Shown: positions 26,317-34,707, counted from the stretch's first letter. The stretch is DNA of 40,469 bases from a virus (IMGVR_UViG_3300009164_000151:1-40469), one strand, 5' to 3'. The notes: a model not told the origin generated them from the sequence alone. A program made the numbers and translations.

Positions 26317-26646
26317 TTAGCAAGGGCGGGCCATGCCGCCACGCTTCATAACAATATCTTTGCCTTTGGTTTTGCCTTTGCTGGCAACTCCATCTGCGCT
26401 TTTATGACCTGCAGCCAAGCCGCCGCCAGCCATTTTTTTCATGCCGCCGCTCATGCCGCCAGCCATTTTCTTAACTTGAGAGCTAGATTTTGTAGCCATA
26501 TCACCACCTTGTTTAAACGTCTTGCCTTTATCGGCTTTGGTAAAGTCTTGCCCCACTGATTGTGGGACACCCGCTTTCTTGGCGAAAGCAGGACTATGAG
26601 CCACTGCAGCCATGAAATTGTGTTGCTTCTTTGAACTACTCGGCAT
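26317..26646 (-). CDS. Small basic protein (109 aa)
   Basis: ATG at 26646. KKQHNFMAAVAH..FAKKAGVPQSVG N-terminus and several GG motifs. Confidence 0.7.
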   Translation of the reverse strand: MPSSSKKQHNFMAAVAHSPAFAKKAGVPQSVGQDFTKADKGKTFKQGGDMATKSSSQVKKMAGGMSGGMKKMAGGGLAAGHKSADGVASKGKTKGKDIVMKRGGMARPC

Positions 26647-26830
26647 CTTTCTTCTTCCTAATAAGGTCAACGAAATTTTTGCCAGTAACCATTTCAGCGA
26701 TACGCATTACTGCAAGTACTGCTCCTATAAGGCCAAACACGGGTGAAATAACCTCAAGGAAAGACCCAATTGCTGCCAACGGAGCAACTACGTCTATGGT
26801 GTTTTTGATGGTGTCGTGGTAATCAGTCAT
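26636..26830 (-). CDS. Small membrane protein (64 aa)
   Basis: Central hydrophobic stretch, basic C-terminus, GGAG upstream. Confidence 0.65.
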   Translation of the reverse strand: MTDYHDTIKNTIDVVAPLAAIGSFLEVISPVFGLIGAVLAVMRIAEMVTGKNFVDLIRKKKDAE

Positions 26831-26831
26831 A

Positions 26832-27248
26832 TCAGCACTCCGCCTCAGTAGTAGCTCGGTACTTATCCCATTCGGGATGATCTACGGATGCGTACAAGTA
26901 TTGTGCCGCAAATTCAAGCAGCATGGGGTCATCTCTAAAATGCCCCAAACCTCGGTTGCAGTGGTTACATAGCATCCCACGTACTTTGCCAGTGGCATGG
27001 TCATGATCTACCACTAGCGTTTCTGCCGACCCACAAATAACGCACTCGGACGTTGAAGATTTTAAGTTTGCCAAGGCATCATCCGTCATCACTGCACGAA
27101 ATTTTCCACGGTTGGTAGCACTTCGGTATGTAGCTCGGCACGCACGACACCAACTATCAAAACCATTGCGCTTTTTATTGTGCAAAGGAAAAAACTCTGC
27201 GGTTGCAGGTTTAGTGGCATTGCAGTGTGTGCAGGCTAACAGTTCCAT
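26832..27248 (-). CDS. Endonuclease VII-family (His-Me finger) endonuclease, probably a free-standing homing endonuclease (138 aa)
   Basis: ATG at 27248. CVICG..LVVDHDH.TGKVRGMLCNHCNRGLG signature and N-terminal CxxC..CxxC. Confidence 0.85.
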   Translation of the reverse strand: MELLACTHCNATKPATAEFFPLHNKKRNGFDSWCRACRATYRSATNRGKFRAVMTDDALANLKSSTSECVICGSAETLVVDHDHATGKVRGMLCNHCNRGLGHFRDDPMLLEFAAQYLYASVDHPEWDKYRATTEAEC

Positions 27249-27487
27249 GCTTTTAACGACAGCGCTTTGCGCGTTGGTCGCCCCTTCTCGTCTTTCATTG
27301 GCCCCGGCATTCCACTCATCCTTGCGCAAAAAGAGTCTCGGCGTCCGGCATCTTTTTTCGTTTTTGGGTGTGGTGCAGGAGGCTTCAAGTTCATGCCTTG
27401 TTTTTTGGCTGAAGCTCTCCCCTTGGCGTTCAAGCCGCCCTCGGGGTTCTTGCCTTCTTTGCGTGTCCATGCGGGTGATTTTGCCAT
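27236..27487 (-). CDS. Small basic conserved phage protein (83 aa; DUF6321-like from recall)
   Basis: GGLNAKGRAS..NLKPP..RRDSFCARM..SLKAWNC. Confidence 0.7.
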   Translation of the reverse strand: MAKSPAWTRKEGKNPEGGLNAKGRASAKKQGMNLKPPAPHPKTKKDAGRRDSFCARMSGMPGPMKDEKGRPTRKALSLKAWNC

Positions 27488-27489
27488 AC

Positions 27490-29892
27490 TTAAATCCTAA
27501 ACCCAAAACCAAAACAAGTGCCACCGTTACCGGTTCCAAAACCAACATCAGGACTGCCAAAAAGCCAACCTAAGTTGTTACCTTCATTTCTGTTAGTTGC
27601 ATTAGTAGCAATCCATTCTGCGCCACCAATAGCGTTGCTATCTTTGATAGTTAAGTAAGTGACTGTATTGGTACCAAACAAGCCGTACAACGTTGCTTGT
27701 GTACCCGGAACCATACTTTGCAAATACTTTTGATTTGTACCTGTTGTTACAAATGAACCACAACGCGTTTCAGTAAAAAGTGGGGAAGAAGATTCTTTGA
27801 GTTTTAAAGTGCCATTGATAAGAGTTAAGGTTTGATCATCGAGGTTCAAACCACTTAGCATTTCCCATGTTCCACCAACACCATTAAATGTCATTGGAAA
27901 ATTACAGACATTTTCAGAAGTATCAATTGTCTGAAAGCCAACACCATTAAAAGTAGTTACTAGAGGGCCGCCTCCTACTGACATCCCACTATTAATTGCC
28001 AAATTTCCATAAATGTTGCGTGTGGCATTACCAAATAGCCCATTAAAACTGATAAAGTTTAGGTTATTAAAAGTGCTAGTACCAGAAGAAGTGACAATGT
28101 CACTGCCATTGGTGATGTTAACGTTTGGAATGTAAGCATAATTACTTACATTTGCTCCCCAACTCATGTTGCGAGTACCTGCTGTAGCAACTGGACTGCT
28201 AGTTAAATTAAATGTTGGTCGTACGTCTGAAGTAAAGTTTGTAGTTACGCCAGCAGCAATTATGTTTAACGTATTTCCTGAAGTAGAACTGCCCGTTAGT
28301 ACAATTGCAACACCATTAGACAACAGACTACGTACTGCAGTACCGGTGCCCGCATAAGCGCCAATAGATAATGTTCTGGAGTTCAGGTCAAGTGTACCCG
28401 CAGTCAAAGTAAGCGTAGCAGTTGATGCTGAAGTCAAATTATCAGCCAACAACACAGTACCACCGGGGGAGTTAATGGTAAAGTTTGTAGAAAACGAAAT
28501 GCCATTGCTGGTAATAGTTTGCGTAGTACCTTGTCCAATAAAAGTCCATGAAGTAAGGGTGGTAAACGAAAGACCAGCGCATGAAGTCCAGTTTCCATAA
28601 AACGAACAACCAACTAAACATGAAATGGTTAGTAAGTTGCTTCCTGTCGCTCTGGTGCAGATAACTGTTGGTATTTGGAAGGTAATATTAAGAGCAATAG
28701 TGCTACCGGTGGTTATGGTAGTCAGGTCGATGTAAACGGTATCCTGTGCTAGTGGAAAATTAGCGTTGGAAACCGCCCCACCGGGAGAAGTTGCCCAAGC
28801 AACAGAAGTCCAGTTACCTCCAGCAGCAAGATTCCAGTACTTGTTTACACCTGTGGTAAATGTAATACCAGTGTTGTTCAAACAGTTGCCAATGCGAGTG
28901 CCCGTCCAAGAAGCTGTTCCCGCTCCGCCAATGTCTCGGAAATCCACATCTGTCATGCCAGCCAAAGTGGCAACAGTCAGGGTGCGGCGGGTGCCAATAG
29001 AGTCGCTCTGTACAAAGGTTCTAAGACTTCCGCTAGGAGTACCTGTTGTTTGCAGGGTCAAGGTTCCGGTAATTGTTTGATCTGCGCCTATGGAAACTTG
29101 GCGTTGCCCTGATGCACTGCGGCTAGTTTGGGTGATGTTGGTGAATGTATTGGCACCTAAAATACTTGTTGTGCCTGAATTTACAGAGGTAAAGTTAACC
29201 GTGTAAAACGTCTGACCGGCACCATTTAAGGTGGGACTAGTAGCGGTACAGATAATGGTAGATGTACCAGCGTTGAACGTTAAGTTTGTTGCGTTTGTAA
29301 GGTTGATTGGTGTTGTTGCTGACAAGGTGAGGGTGGAAGCCCCCAAATTGATACTGCGCGTCAAAGTGCCTGATGCTGTAAGGTTAGCTGCTGTATAAGC
29401 GTAACCATTTGTAACAAAAGAACCAGCAAGTACAAAATTGCTTGCAGTGTTGGTAAATGCAGTACCAAGTGTCCACTCACCACCAACACCGTTAAAGTTA
29501 ACCTGCGCCGCGCCTAATGTAACGTTATTAGTCTGAACAACTTTGCCAGTCGTTGTGGCTAAAAAATTAATATTAGCGTTAGTAGTTGTAGTAAATGCCA
29601 CTCCGCTAGAAGAATTTACCCAAGTACCATAACAGTTAATTACTGCTGTAGCCCCTAAAGTCATAGTTACTGAACCAGTTGCTGGCTGAGTAATAGTAAT
29701 ATCTTGGGCAACGGCATTGGTTCCTATCGTCACCGCATAGGAAGCGCCGCTGGAGTAAATATTAAAAGATACATTATCTGAGGCGGTTGGCGCTACTCCA
29801 GCCGGAATAGTACAAAAAGCGTCACTGTACCAATGCGTAGCATCTGTCGCATCCCATGTACCTGATCCACCACCCCAATATAACTCTGCCAT
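27490..29892 (-). CDS. Fibre/spike-like beta-solenoid protein (800 aa)
   Basis: T/N/G/S-rich. Two large repeat units beginning YWGGGSGTW and YWNLAAGGNW. AGGAG RBS. Confidence 0.65.
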   Translation of the reverse strand: MAELYWGGGSGTWDATDATHWYSDAFCTIPAGVAPTASDNVSFNIYSSGASYAVTIGTNAVAQDITITQPATGSVTMTLGATAVINCYGTWVNSSSGVAFTTTTNANINFLATTTGKVVQTNNVTLGAAQVNFNGVGGEWTLGTAFTNTASNFVLAGSFVTNGYAYTAANLTASGTLTRSINLGASTLTLSATTPINLTNATNLTFNAGTSTIICTATSPTLNGAGQTFYTVNFTSVNSGTTSILGANTFTNITQTSRSASGQRQVSIGADQTITGTLTLQTTGTPSGSLRTFVQSDSIGTRRTLTVATLAGMTDVDFRDIGGAGTASWTGTRIGNCLNNTGITFTTGVNKYWNLAAGGNWTSVAWATSPGGAVSNANFPLAQDTVYIDLTTITTGSTIALNITFQIPTVICTRATGSNLLTISCLVGCSFYGNWTSCAGLSFTTLTSWTFIGQGTTQTITSNGISFSTNFTINSPGGTVLLADNLTSASTATLTLTAGTLDLNSRTLSIGAYAGTGTAVRSLLSNGVAIVLTGSSTSGNTLNIIAAGVTTNFTSDVRPTFNLTSSPVATAGTRNMSWGANVSNYAYIPNVNITNGSDIVTSSGTSTFNNLNFISFNGLFGNATRNIYGNLAINSGMSVGGGPLVTTFNGVGFQTIDTSENVCNFPMTFNGVGGTWEMLSGLNLDDQTLTLINGTLKLKESSSPLFTETRCGSFVTTGTNQKYLQSMVPGTQATLYGLFGTNTVTYLTIKDSNAIGGAEWIATNATNRNEGNNLGWLFGSPDVGFGTGNGGTCFGFGFRI

Positions 29893-29894
29893 GA

Positions 29895-30059
29895 TTACTC
29901 CTGAACAGAAGATGTTTCAATAAATGCAAGCCACTGCTTGTAACGATCTTGCTTCATTGCTTCAATTTCTGCATCAGTCATTGTTTGACCATCAAGCAGA
30001 ACTATTGCATCTGCGTATTTGCCGTATGGGCTGTCAAACTCAAAGTCAATTTTGACCAT
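29895..30059 (-). CDS. Small acidic protein, possible fibre chaperone (54 aa)
   Basis: ATG at 30059 just after the previous stop. MVKIDF..EIEAMKQDRY.QW. Confidence 0.6.
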   Translation of the reverse strand: MVKIDFEFDSPYGKYADAIVLLDGQTMTDAEIEAMKQDRYKQWLAFIETSSVQE

Positions 30060-30060
30060 G

Positions 30061-30315
30061 TTAGTAGATGCGTAGCAAGTTGGTAGCCGAAGTGACGCTA
30101 GACCAGACACGGATGACCTGTACTGGAATTACTTGTCCACCCAATAGCCCGAAAAATGTCACTTCATCACCCTGAGCCGTAGTAACTTTTACGTTACCTG
30201 CTCCGCCTACGTAAATCACGCTGGGTGATGGTAGGTTAATCGTGTCGCTGTTTGTGAACGTAGCAGCCCCGCCCGGATACATTGGGAACGTAGGACTGTA
30301 GTTAGTCTTAGCCAT
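30061..30315 (-). CDS. Small virion protein (84 aa)
   Basis: AGGAGA RBS. IYVGGAGNVKV..GQVIPVQVIRV beta-rich motif. Confidence 0.7.
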   Translation of the reverse strand: MAKTNYSPTFPMYPGGAATFTNSDTINLPSPSVIYVGGAGNVKVTTAQGDEVTFFGLLGGQVIPVQVIRVWSSVTSATNLLRIY

Positions 30316-30327
30316 AATCAGTCTCCT

Positions 30328-30352
30328 AAAAATGAGGGGCCGAAGCCCCTGA
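30328..30352 (-). terminator. UUCG hairpin, possible weak intrinsic terminator
   Basis: Minus strand AGGGGC-TTCG-GCCCCT followed by CATTTTT. Confidence 0.55.
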
Positions 30353-30358
30353 GATCAA

Positions 30359-30847
30359 TTACTGCTGAGTTACCGATGGGTACATAGATCCGTCAGAACC
30401 ACGCACAATGTAGCTAATCTCCAAGGTTCCAGCGCCTGTTCCGCCACTACCATTGACTTGAGTAAAGGAGACTAGTGCGTCAGTAGCACCAACATTAGCT
30501 ACCAAACTTGGGTTGGAAGTTCCAAGAGTAAAGCCCCCTCGACCTGTGGTGCCCGCAGTAGTTCCAGAAGGAGCGGTTGCGCTGTTAATTGCTGTGCCGT
30601 TTACAAAAAAAGCAAACGTAGGAGCGGTTGTGGTGTATGCCGTTGTAGTCAAAAATTGAATTGCTTGGATAATTGATCCAGCAGGCAAAACAGCCAGTAG
30701 CGTTTGTGCTGTAGTGTCCGCATATGCAACTGTTTTAGTTTGTATTGAGTGAGACGCGCCAGTATTACGAATGGTGCCAGCAGTGGTGCCGGTGGTGTTT
30801 TTAACGGTGCCGAGCAGCCAAGGGCCGAGGTGAGTTGCGAATCCCAT
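30359..30847 (-). CDS. Virion (capsid-associated) protein (162 aa)
   Basis: AAGGA RBS. THLGP N-terminus, LPAGS.I motif, located after the capsid gene. Confidence 0.65.
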   Translation of the reverse strand: MGFATHLGPWLLGTVKNTTGTTAGTIRNTGASHSIQTKTVAYADTTAQTLLAVLPAGSIIQAIQFLTTTAYTTTAPTFAFFVNGTAINSATAPSGTTAGTTGRGGFTLGTSNPSLVANVGATDALVSFTQVNGSGGTGAGTLEISYIVRGSDGSMYPSVTQQ

Positions 30848-30856
30848 GATATGTGT

Positions 30857-30932
30857 TCCTTACATACAAGATAAGTGCGGCAATTGGTATGTCATCTGCT
30901 GGGGCAGTTTGGCGCACTGGAAGTCCCAGATG
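30857..30932 (-). ncRNA. Candidate structured 5' leader RNA (two hairpins with complementary loops)
   Basis: Pairings CAUCUG/CAGAUG, CUGGG/CCCAG, ACAUAC/GUAUGU and loop-loop AGUGCG/CGCACU. Confidence 0.45.
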
Positions 30933-30937
30933 GAAAC

Positions 30938-30966
30938 AATATACCATCAATTTAAACAGCGTGCAA
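30938..30966 (-). promoter_or_regulatory. Sigma70-type promoter
   Basis: TTGCAC-17 nt-TATATT with extended -10 TG, directly after the terminator. Confidence 0.65.
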
Positions 30967-30967
30967 T

Positions 30968-30991
30968 AAAAAAGGCACCCGAAGGTGCCTT
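30968..30991 (-). terminator. Rho-independent terminator after the major capsid gene
   Basis: AAGGCACC-TTCG-GGTGCCTT followed by a T run. Confidence 0.85.
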
Positions 30992-31084
30992 AGTTTGGGG
31001 TCTCTCACTCCAATGCCGTTACTTCCTTTTAAGTTGCCAACGGGTAAGCAACTGGGAGAATGGTCAACCCTCCCTTACCAAATA

Positions 31085-31993
31085 TTAAGCGCCGGGAGAA
31101 CCGTAAGCACCCAATGGATCAGACCAGCCGAAGCTATAACGCTCACGAGCCTTGTAACGCACGTTGCCGGTATCGAAGTCACCGTCCATGCTGTTAGTCA
31201 GCGGGCTACGCTCAAAGTGCTTCAAGCCGTTAGGAACGTCGGTAGTCAAATACCAGCCGTTTGCATCGGTCAAGAAGTGGTTAACGGTATAACCTTCAGG
31301 GATCGAACCGTTGTTCTTCAGAGCGTTGATATCGTTGTCGGTAGTACCAACGCGCAGGCTGGTTTCCAACAGACGAGTACTAACGAACATCAGAGCAGGC
31401 GGAACAATCAGCTTGCGGGGTTTGGCTGCAATCAACAATCCGCGCTCATCCGTCCAAGCGGCGATTTGAATAACTGCGTTTTCCAACGAAGTCTCATTCA
31501 AGTCAGCAGCAGTGGTGGGACGATTGCTGTTGGTTCCACCAGACACCAGAGGGTGAGCAGTAGAGAACAACGAAACGCCATCACCACCAACGTAGGCATT
31601 GGAGAAGCCGTTGTTGATAACGGAGGCAGCCTTCACTTGCTTGGTATATGCCATAGCACGGGCAAGAGCTTTTGTGTAACGAGCCGACAGGGAGTCGTAC
31701 AAGTTATCTTCCACAGCCTCTTCCGTGATCGAGAAACCAAGGGCAATGGTTTCATGGTTGTACCGAGCAGTAAATGCTTCTTGAGCATTGTCATACTGGA
31801 TTGCTTGTCCCTCATTCTTCACCGGTGCGGCGGAGAATCCAGACAGTTTGGTCTCTTCTTCAAAACTACGCTCTGATTGCTCAGTTTCGTAGATCTCTTT
31901 ATGCTCTTCGCCGTAGCGGGCATATTCCAGTCCGAACAAAGCATTCAGACCGGGGAGCAACTCTTTAAGTAGTTGTGCGCGTGAAATAGCCAT
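31085..31993 (-). CDS. Major capsid protein (302 aa)
   Basis: MAISRAQLLKELLPGLNALFG start and DFDTGNVRYKARERYSFGWSDP end. AAGGAG RBS. Followed by a terminator. Confidence 0.9.
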   Translation of the reverse strand: MAISRAQLLKELLPGLNALFGLEYARYGEEHKEIYETEQSERSFEEETKLSGFSAAPVKNEGQAIQYDNAQEAFTARYNHETIALGFSITEEAVEDNLYDSLSARYTKALARAMAYTKQVKAASVINNGFSNAYVGGDGVSLFSTAHPLVSGGTNSNRPTTAADLNETSLENAVIQIAAWTDERGLLIAAKPRKLIVPPALMFVSTRLLETSLRVGTTDNDINALKNNGSIPEGYTVNHFLTDANGWYLTTDVPNGLKHFERSPLTNSMDGDFDTGNVRYKARERYSFGWSDPLGAYGSPGA

Positions 31994-32006
31994 TTTGTGT
32001 CACTCC

Positions 32007-32900
32007 TTAGACAGAGACAGGGTAGTAGTAGCCATGAGTGCCTTGGTTAAATTTAACCAAAACTTCAGGATACATGGTGAACACCACCGTAGCACCGCTA
32101 GGAATAGCAGTTACGGAACCGGGAACTGCAACTGCAGCATTGATAGTGATGGAGGTAGTACCTGCGGTCAAACCAGCAGTTACATACGAACCAGTTTCAA
32201 TCAATTGACCATTTGCAGCAATGTAGCCAACGTCAGCACCATACAAGATAGCGCTTGGCAAGCCAGAACCAGTCAGAGTAATGGTGGTGGACGAAGAGCT
32301 ACCGGTAGCAGAGACAGAGTATGCGGTATCAGTTTGCAGACCAACCACACGCAACGGCACTTGAGCAGTGGTGCCCAGAGTCGATGCCAACGCCGCCAGA
32401 TAAGAATTACCTGTGTTGACGTTACCAGCAACTGCAGAACCCGTACCAGCTTCCCACAAGCGGCTCAACTGAATGTTTTGACCCAACAAGGGAACAGCGC
32501 CAGAACCCAGAGCCGTGCCGGACTGGATCATAGCCATTTTAAACACTTGATCAGGATCATCCGCAACCAAAGCTACTGCGTCACCTGCCAAAGTACCGGC
32601 GGGCCAGTATTGGGCAAATTGCTTTTGCTTGGTAATGGGGTTGGTATAAGAGCAACCCAAGAACACGCCAACGATGTTATCGGTGGGTGCAGTACTGCCG
32701 GGAGTTGTTTCGCCGTTAGACGAGGTAATAGTGGACTGAACCACTGTACCGCGCACCAGCTTAACAATATCACCGTAGAAGATGTTAGTTGCGTAACCGT
32801 ACTGAATGGGCAAGCTACGGGTGGAACCCGCAAATACTTGTCCGCCGATCAAATTGACCGGCTTTAGCCCGTAAGGGGCATCAATCGAAGGATATGCCAT
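32007..32900 (-). CDS. Capsid-associated/decoration-like protein (297 aa)
   Basis: APYGLKPV..IFYGD.V..GVFLGCSY..DDPD motifs. Immediately precedes the capsid gene. Confidence 0.6.
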   Translation of the reverse strand: MAYPSIDAPYGLKPVNLIGGQVFAGSTRSLPIQYGYATNIFYGDIVKLVRGTVVQSTITSSNGETTPGSTAPTDNIVGVFLGCSYTNPITKQKQFAQYWPAGTLAGDAVALVADDPDQVFKMAMIQSGTALGSGAVPLLGQNIQLSRLWEAGTGSAVAGNVNTGNSYLAALASTLGTTAQVPLRVVGLQTDTAYSVSATGSSSSTTITLTGSGLPSAILYGADVGYIAANGQLIETGSYVTAGLTAGTTSITINAAVAVPGSVTAIPSGATVVFTMYPEVLVKFNQGTHGYYYPVSV

Positions 32901-32917
32901 TTAAGACTCCATAAAAA

Positions 32918-33364
32918 TTAAGAACCATTTCCGCCACGGGTTACTGAAGACTTGCGGTCTGCAAATAACGGCATGCGCGGATCATTTTGTCGCAAAAAGC
33001 TGTTGTCAACCGAGTCCATCTGGTTTTGAGATTGCCCACTGTAATACCTTGTAATAGCTTCAGCTTGACCGGTAGGGATTTTGCAGAGCATTAACCCACC
33101 AATTTCGATGTTGCCAGTCTTAGGATTACCGGGAATCATCATCTCCGGGTGATCTTCTGCTTTGACAGGGACATATCCATCGCGGAGTTTCCGCGAAACA
33201 TTTGTCACCATGACCTCTGAGTTACCGTGTACAGCAGTCGCTATCCAGCGAAAGGTGTATCCGGGTTCTGGTCGTGGGTCTGGCAAAGCGCTAGACGGTT
33301 GATAAACATACCTTACAGATTCATCGCGTGTCACTGAGTCACGGGCTTTACGAGTTTCATTCAT
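32918..33364 (-). CDS. Conserved head-module protein (148 aa)
   Basis: ATG at 33364 with GGAG RBS. GYTFRWI..GGLMLCKIP. Confidence 0.65.
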   Translation of the reverse strand: MNETRKARDSVTRDESVRYVYQPSSALPDPRPEPGYTFRWIATAVHGNSEVMVTNVSRKLRDGYVPVKAEDHPEMMIPGNPKTGNIEIGGLMLCKIPTGQAEAITRYYSGQSQNQMDSVDNSFLRQNDPRMPLFADRKSSVTRGGNGS

Positions 33365-34286
33365 TTGAGTTCTCCAATTTAGCTTGTTGAATAGCATACT
33401 GCTGCGGGGTGATACCAAATTTCTTTGCCAAGGCCATAGCTCTGGGGGTCATTTGGATCGTTTTCTTGCCAGTCGAACGGGACGAAGGCGAGACTACCGA
33501 AACAGGTCTTTTGGAAGACTCATTTGACTTACGCTCATTCCCAAATACTTCTGGGAACTTTTCCTTGATGCGAGTATCAATGGCGGCAAAGTACTCGTCG
33601 CTGCGCGGGTTGTAGCCTGCGTTCATTAGTTTTTTGTGCAGCCCTAATGCATAGCTGGATACGTCTTCAAAGCCTTCTGAACTAAACCACTGGTTTTTGG
33701 CCTGCCAGCGCAGGGTTTTTTCGTCTAGTTGCGGCTCTGGTTCTGCATATTGTTGCGGTTGTACACGATTTTCAGTCTGCTGTAAAGGCGCTTGCCGAAC
33801 ATTATTCAGGGCATTAATCTTCATCTTGGCTTCAAGGAGGGATTCCTGTGCTGCCAATATTGCATCTGCATCAAAAGCCTCTTGGGCTTTCTTGTACTGT
33901 GTACGGGCGGCTTCCAATTCATTCTCAGCCAATGTCTTGGACTGATCCATGTATTGCTTGCTGCCGTTATGCACATACTGTTTGAGCGTGTTGTTTTCGT
34001 CGTATAGCTGTTGGGCAATACGTTCCAAGTCTTGCTTTTCGCGGGCCAGTGCTTCCTTTGCGCGGCGCTCATCGTGCCGAACTCGGGTAAGTTCCTTCAT
34101 CCGGGATTGGACATTTTTGGAATATGAAGCCAACTCATCTTCTGATGGTTCGACTACAGGACGATCAAGGGGTTCACGGCCTCGATCAACTTCTGGAGTG
34201 TCATCGACAAGTTCAATTTCGACTTCGTCTTGGTCAACTTCAGGAGCTTCTTTTTCAACTTCATCTGGGAATTTAAACTCAGACAT
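33357..34286 (-). CDS. Probable capsid scaffolding protein (309 aa)
   Basis: ATG at 34286 with GAGGT RBS. Acidic N-terminus, coiled coil, C-terminal AKKFGITPQQYA. Confidence 0.65.
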   Translation of the reverse strand: MSEFKFPDEVEKEAPEVDQDEVEIELVDDTPEVDRGREPLDRPVVEPSEDELASYSKNVQSRMKELTRVRHDERRAKEALAREKQDLERIAQQLYDENNTLKQYVHNGSKQYMDQSKTLAENELEAARTQYKKAQEAFDADAILAAQESLLEAKMKINALNNVRQAPLQQTENRVQPQQYAEPEPQLDEKTLRWQAKNQWFSSEGFEDVSSYALGLHKKLMNAGYNPRSDEYFAAIDTRIKEKFPEVFGNERKSNESSKRPVSVVSPSSRSTGKKTIQMTPRAMALAKKFGITPQQYAIQQAKLENSNE

Positions 34287-34707
34287 GGCTAATACCTCGC
34301 GGATCTTGTACAACACCTTCGATTTGATCGTCGTTAATCAAACGCATTTCTTTTCCGTACATTTTGAAGCGCGTACCGGTGTAGGTACGTACCATCACAA
34401 AATCTCCTACCTTGCACCAAGGGCCGCTAGGAAACTTTGCAGTATCTTTGTAGGCGTCCGGGCCTACTTTGACAACAAAAAGCACGGTTGTGGTTTGCTC
34501 TTCCCGGCGCATGAAGTCAGTCGGCTTAACAAGGGCGGAACCATCGTAGTTTTCTGAAACATCGGGAAGGATACATAGCAGCTTGTAACCAGAGGGTTCT
34601 GGTAGCTGTGTCGCTTTCTCTTCATCTGTTGCATTTTCTTTCGGCTTTTCAGCCGGTTGAATTTGCTTTGGGAATTTAATTCCCGGAGGCAGAATAAGAT
34701 CACTCAT
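34279..34707 (-). CDS. groES: Phage co-chaperonin GroES (Cpn10)-like (142 aa)
   Basis: P.GYKLL, VVKVGPDAY, CKVGDFV, YTGTRF, RLINDDQIEGVV pattern of the Cpn10 fold. Confidence 0.8.
   Translation of the reverse strand: MSDLILPPGIKFPKQIQPAEKPKENATDEEKATQLPEPSGYKLLCILPDVSENYDGSALVKPTDFMRREEQTTTVLFVVKVGPDAYKDTAKFPSGPWCKVGDFVMVRTYTGTRFKMYGKEMRLINDDQIEGVVQDPRGISHV

Noticed and set aside
27249-27560. N-terminal extension giving a 242-aa EndoVII ORF
   Set aside because: Overlaps two better-supported genes; ATG 27248 starts right at the zinc finger.
31011-31042. Resemblance to the glnA glutamine riboswitch (CGUUGGC...GGAAGUAA)
   Set aside because: Closing GAAG.AACG strand and expected stems are missing, and the element lies in a 3' UTR.
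31060-31100. Capsid stop readthrough or frameshift extension (T7 10B-like)
   Set aside because: An in-frame TGA follows within seven codons and I saw no slippery heptamer.
30995-32867. Long plus-strand ORFs of 293 and 290 aa
   Set aside because: Antisense shadows of the capsid-module genes, with no recognisable motifs.
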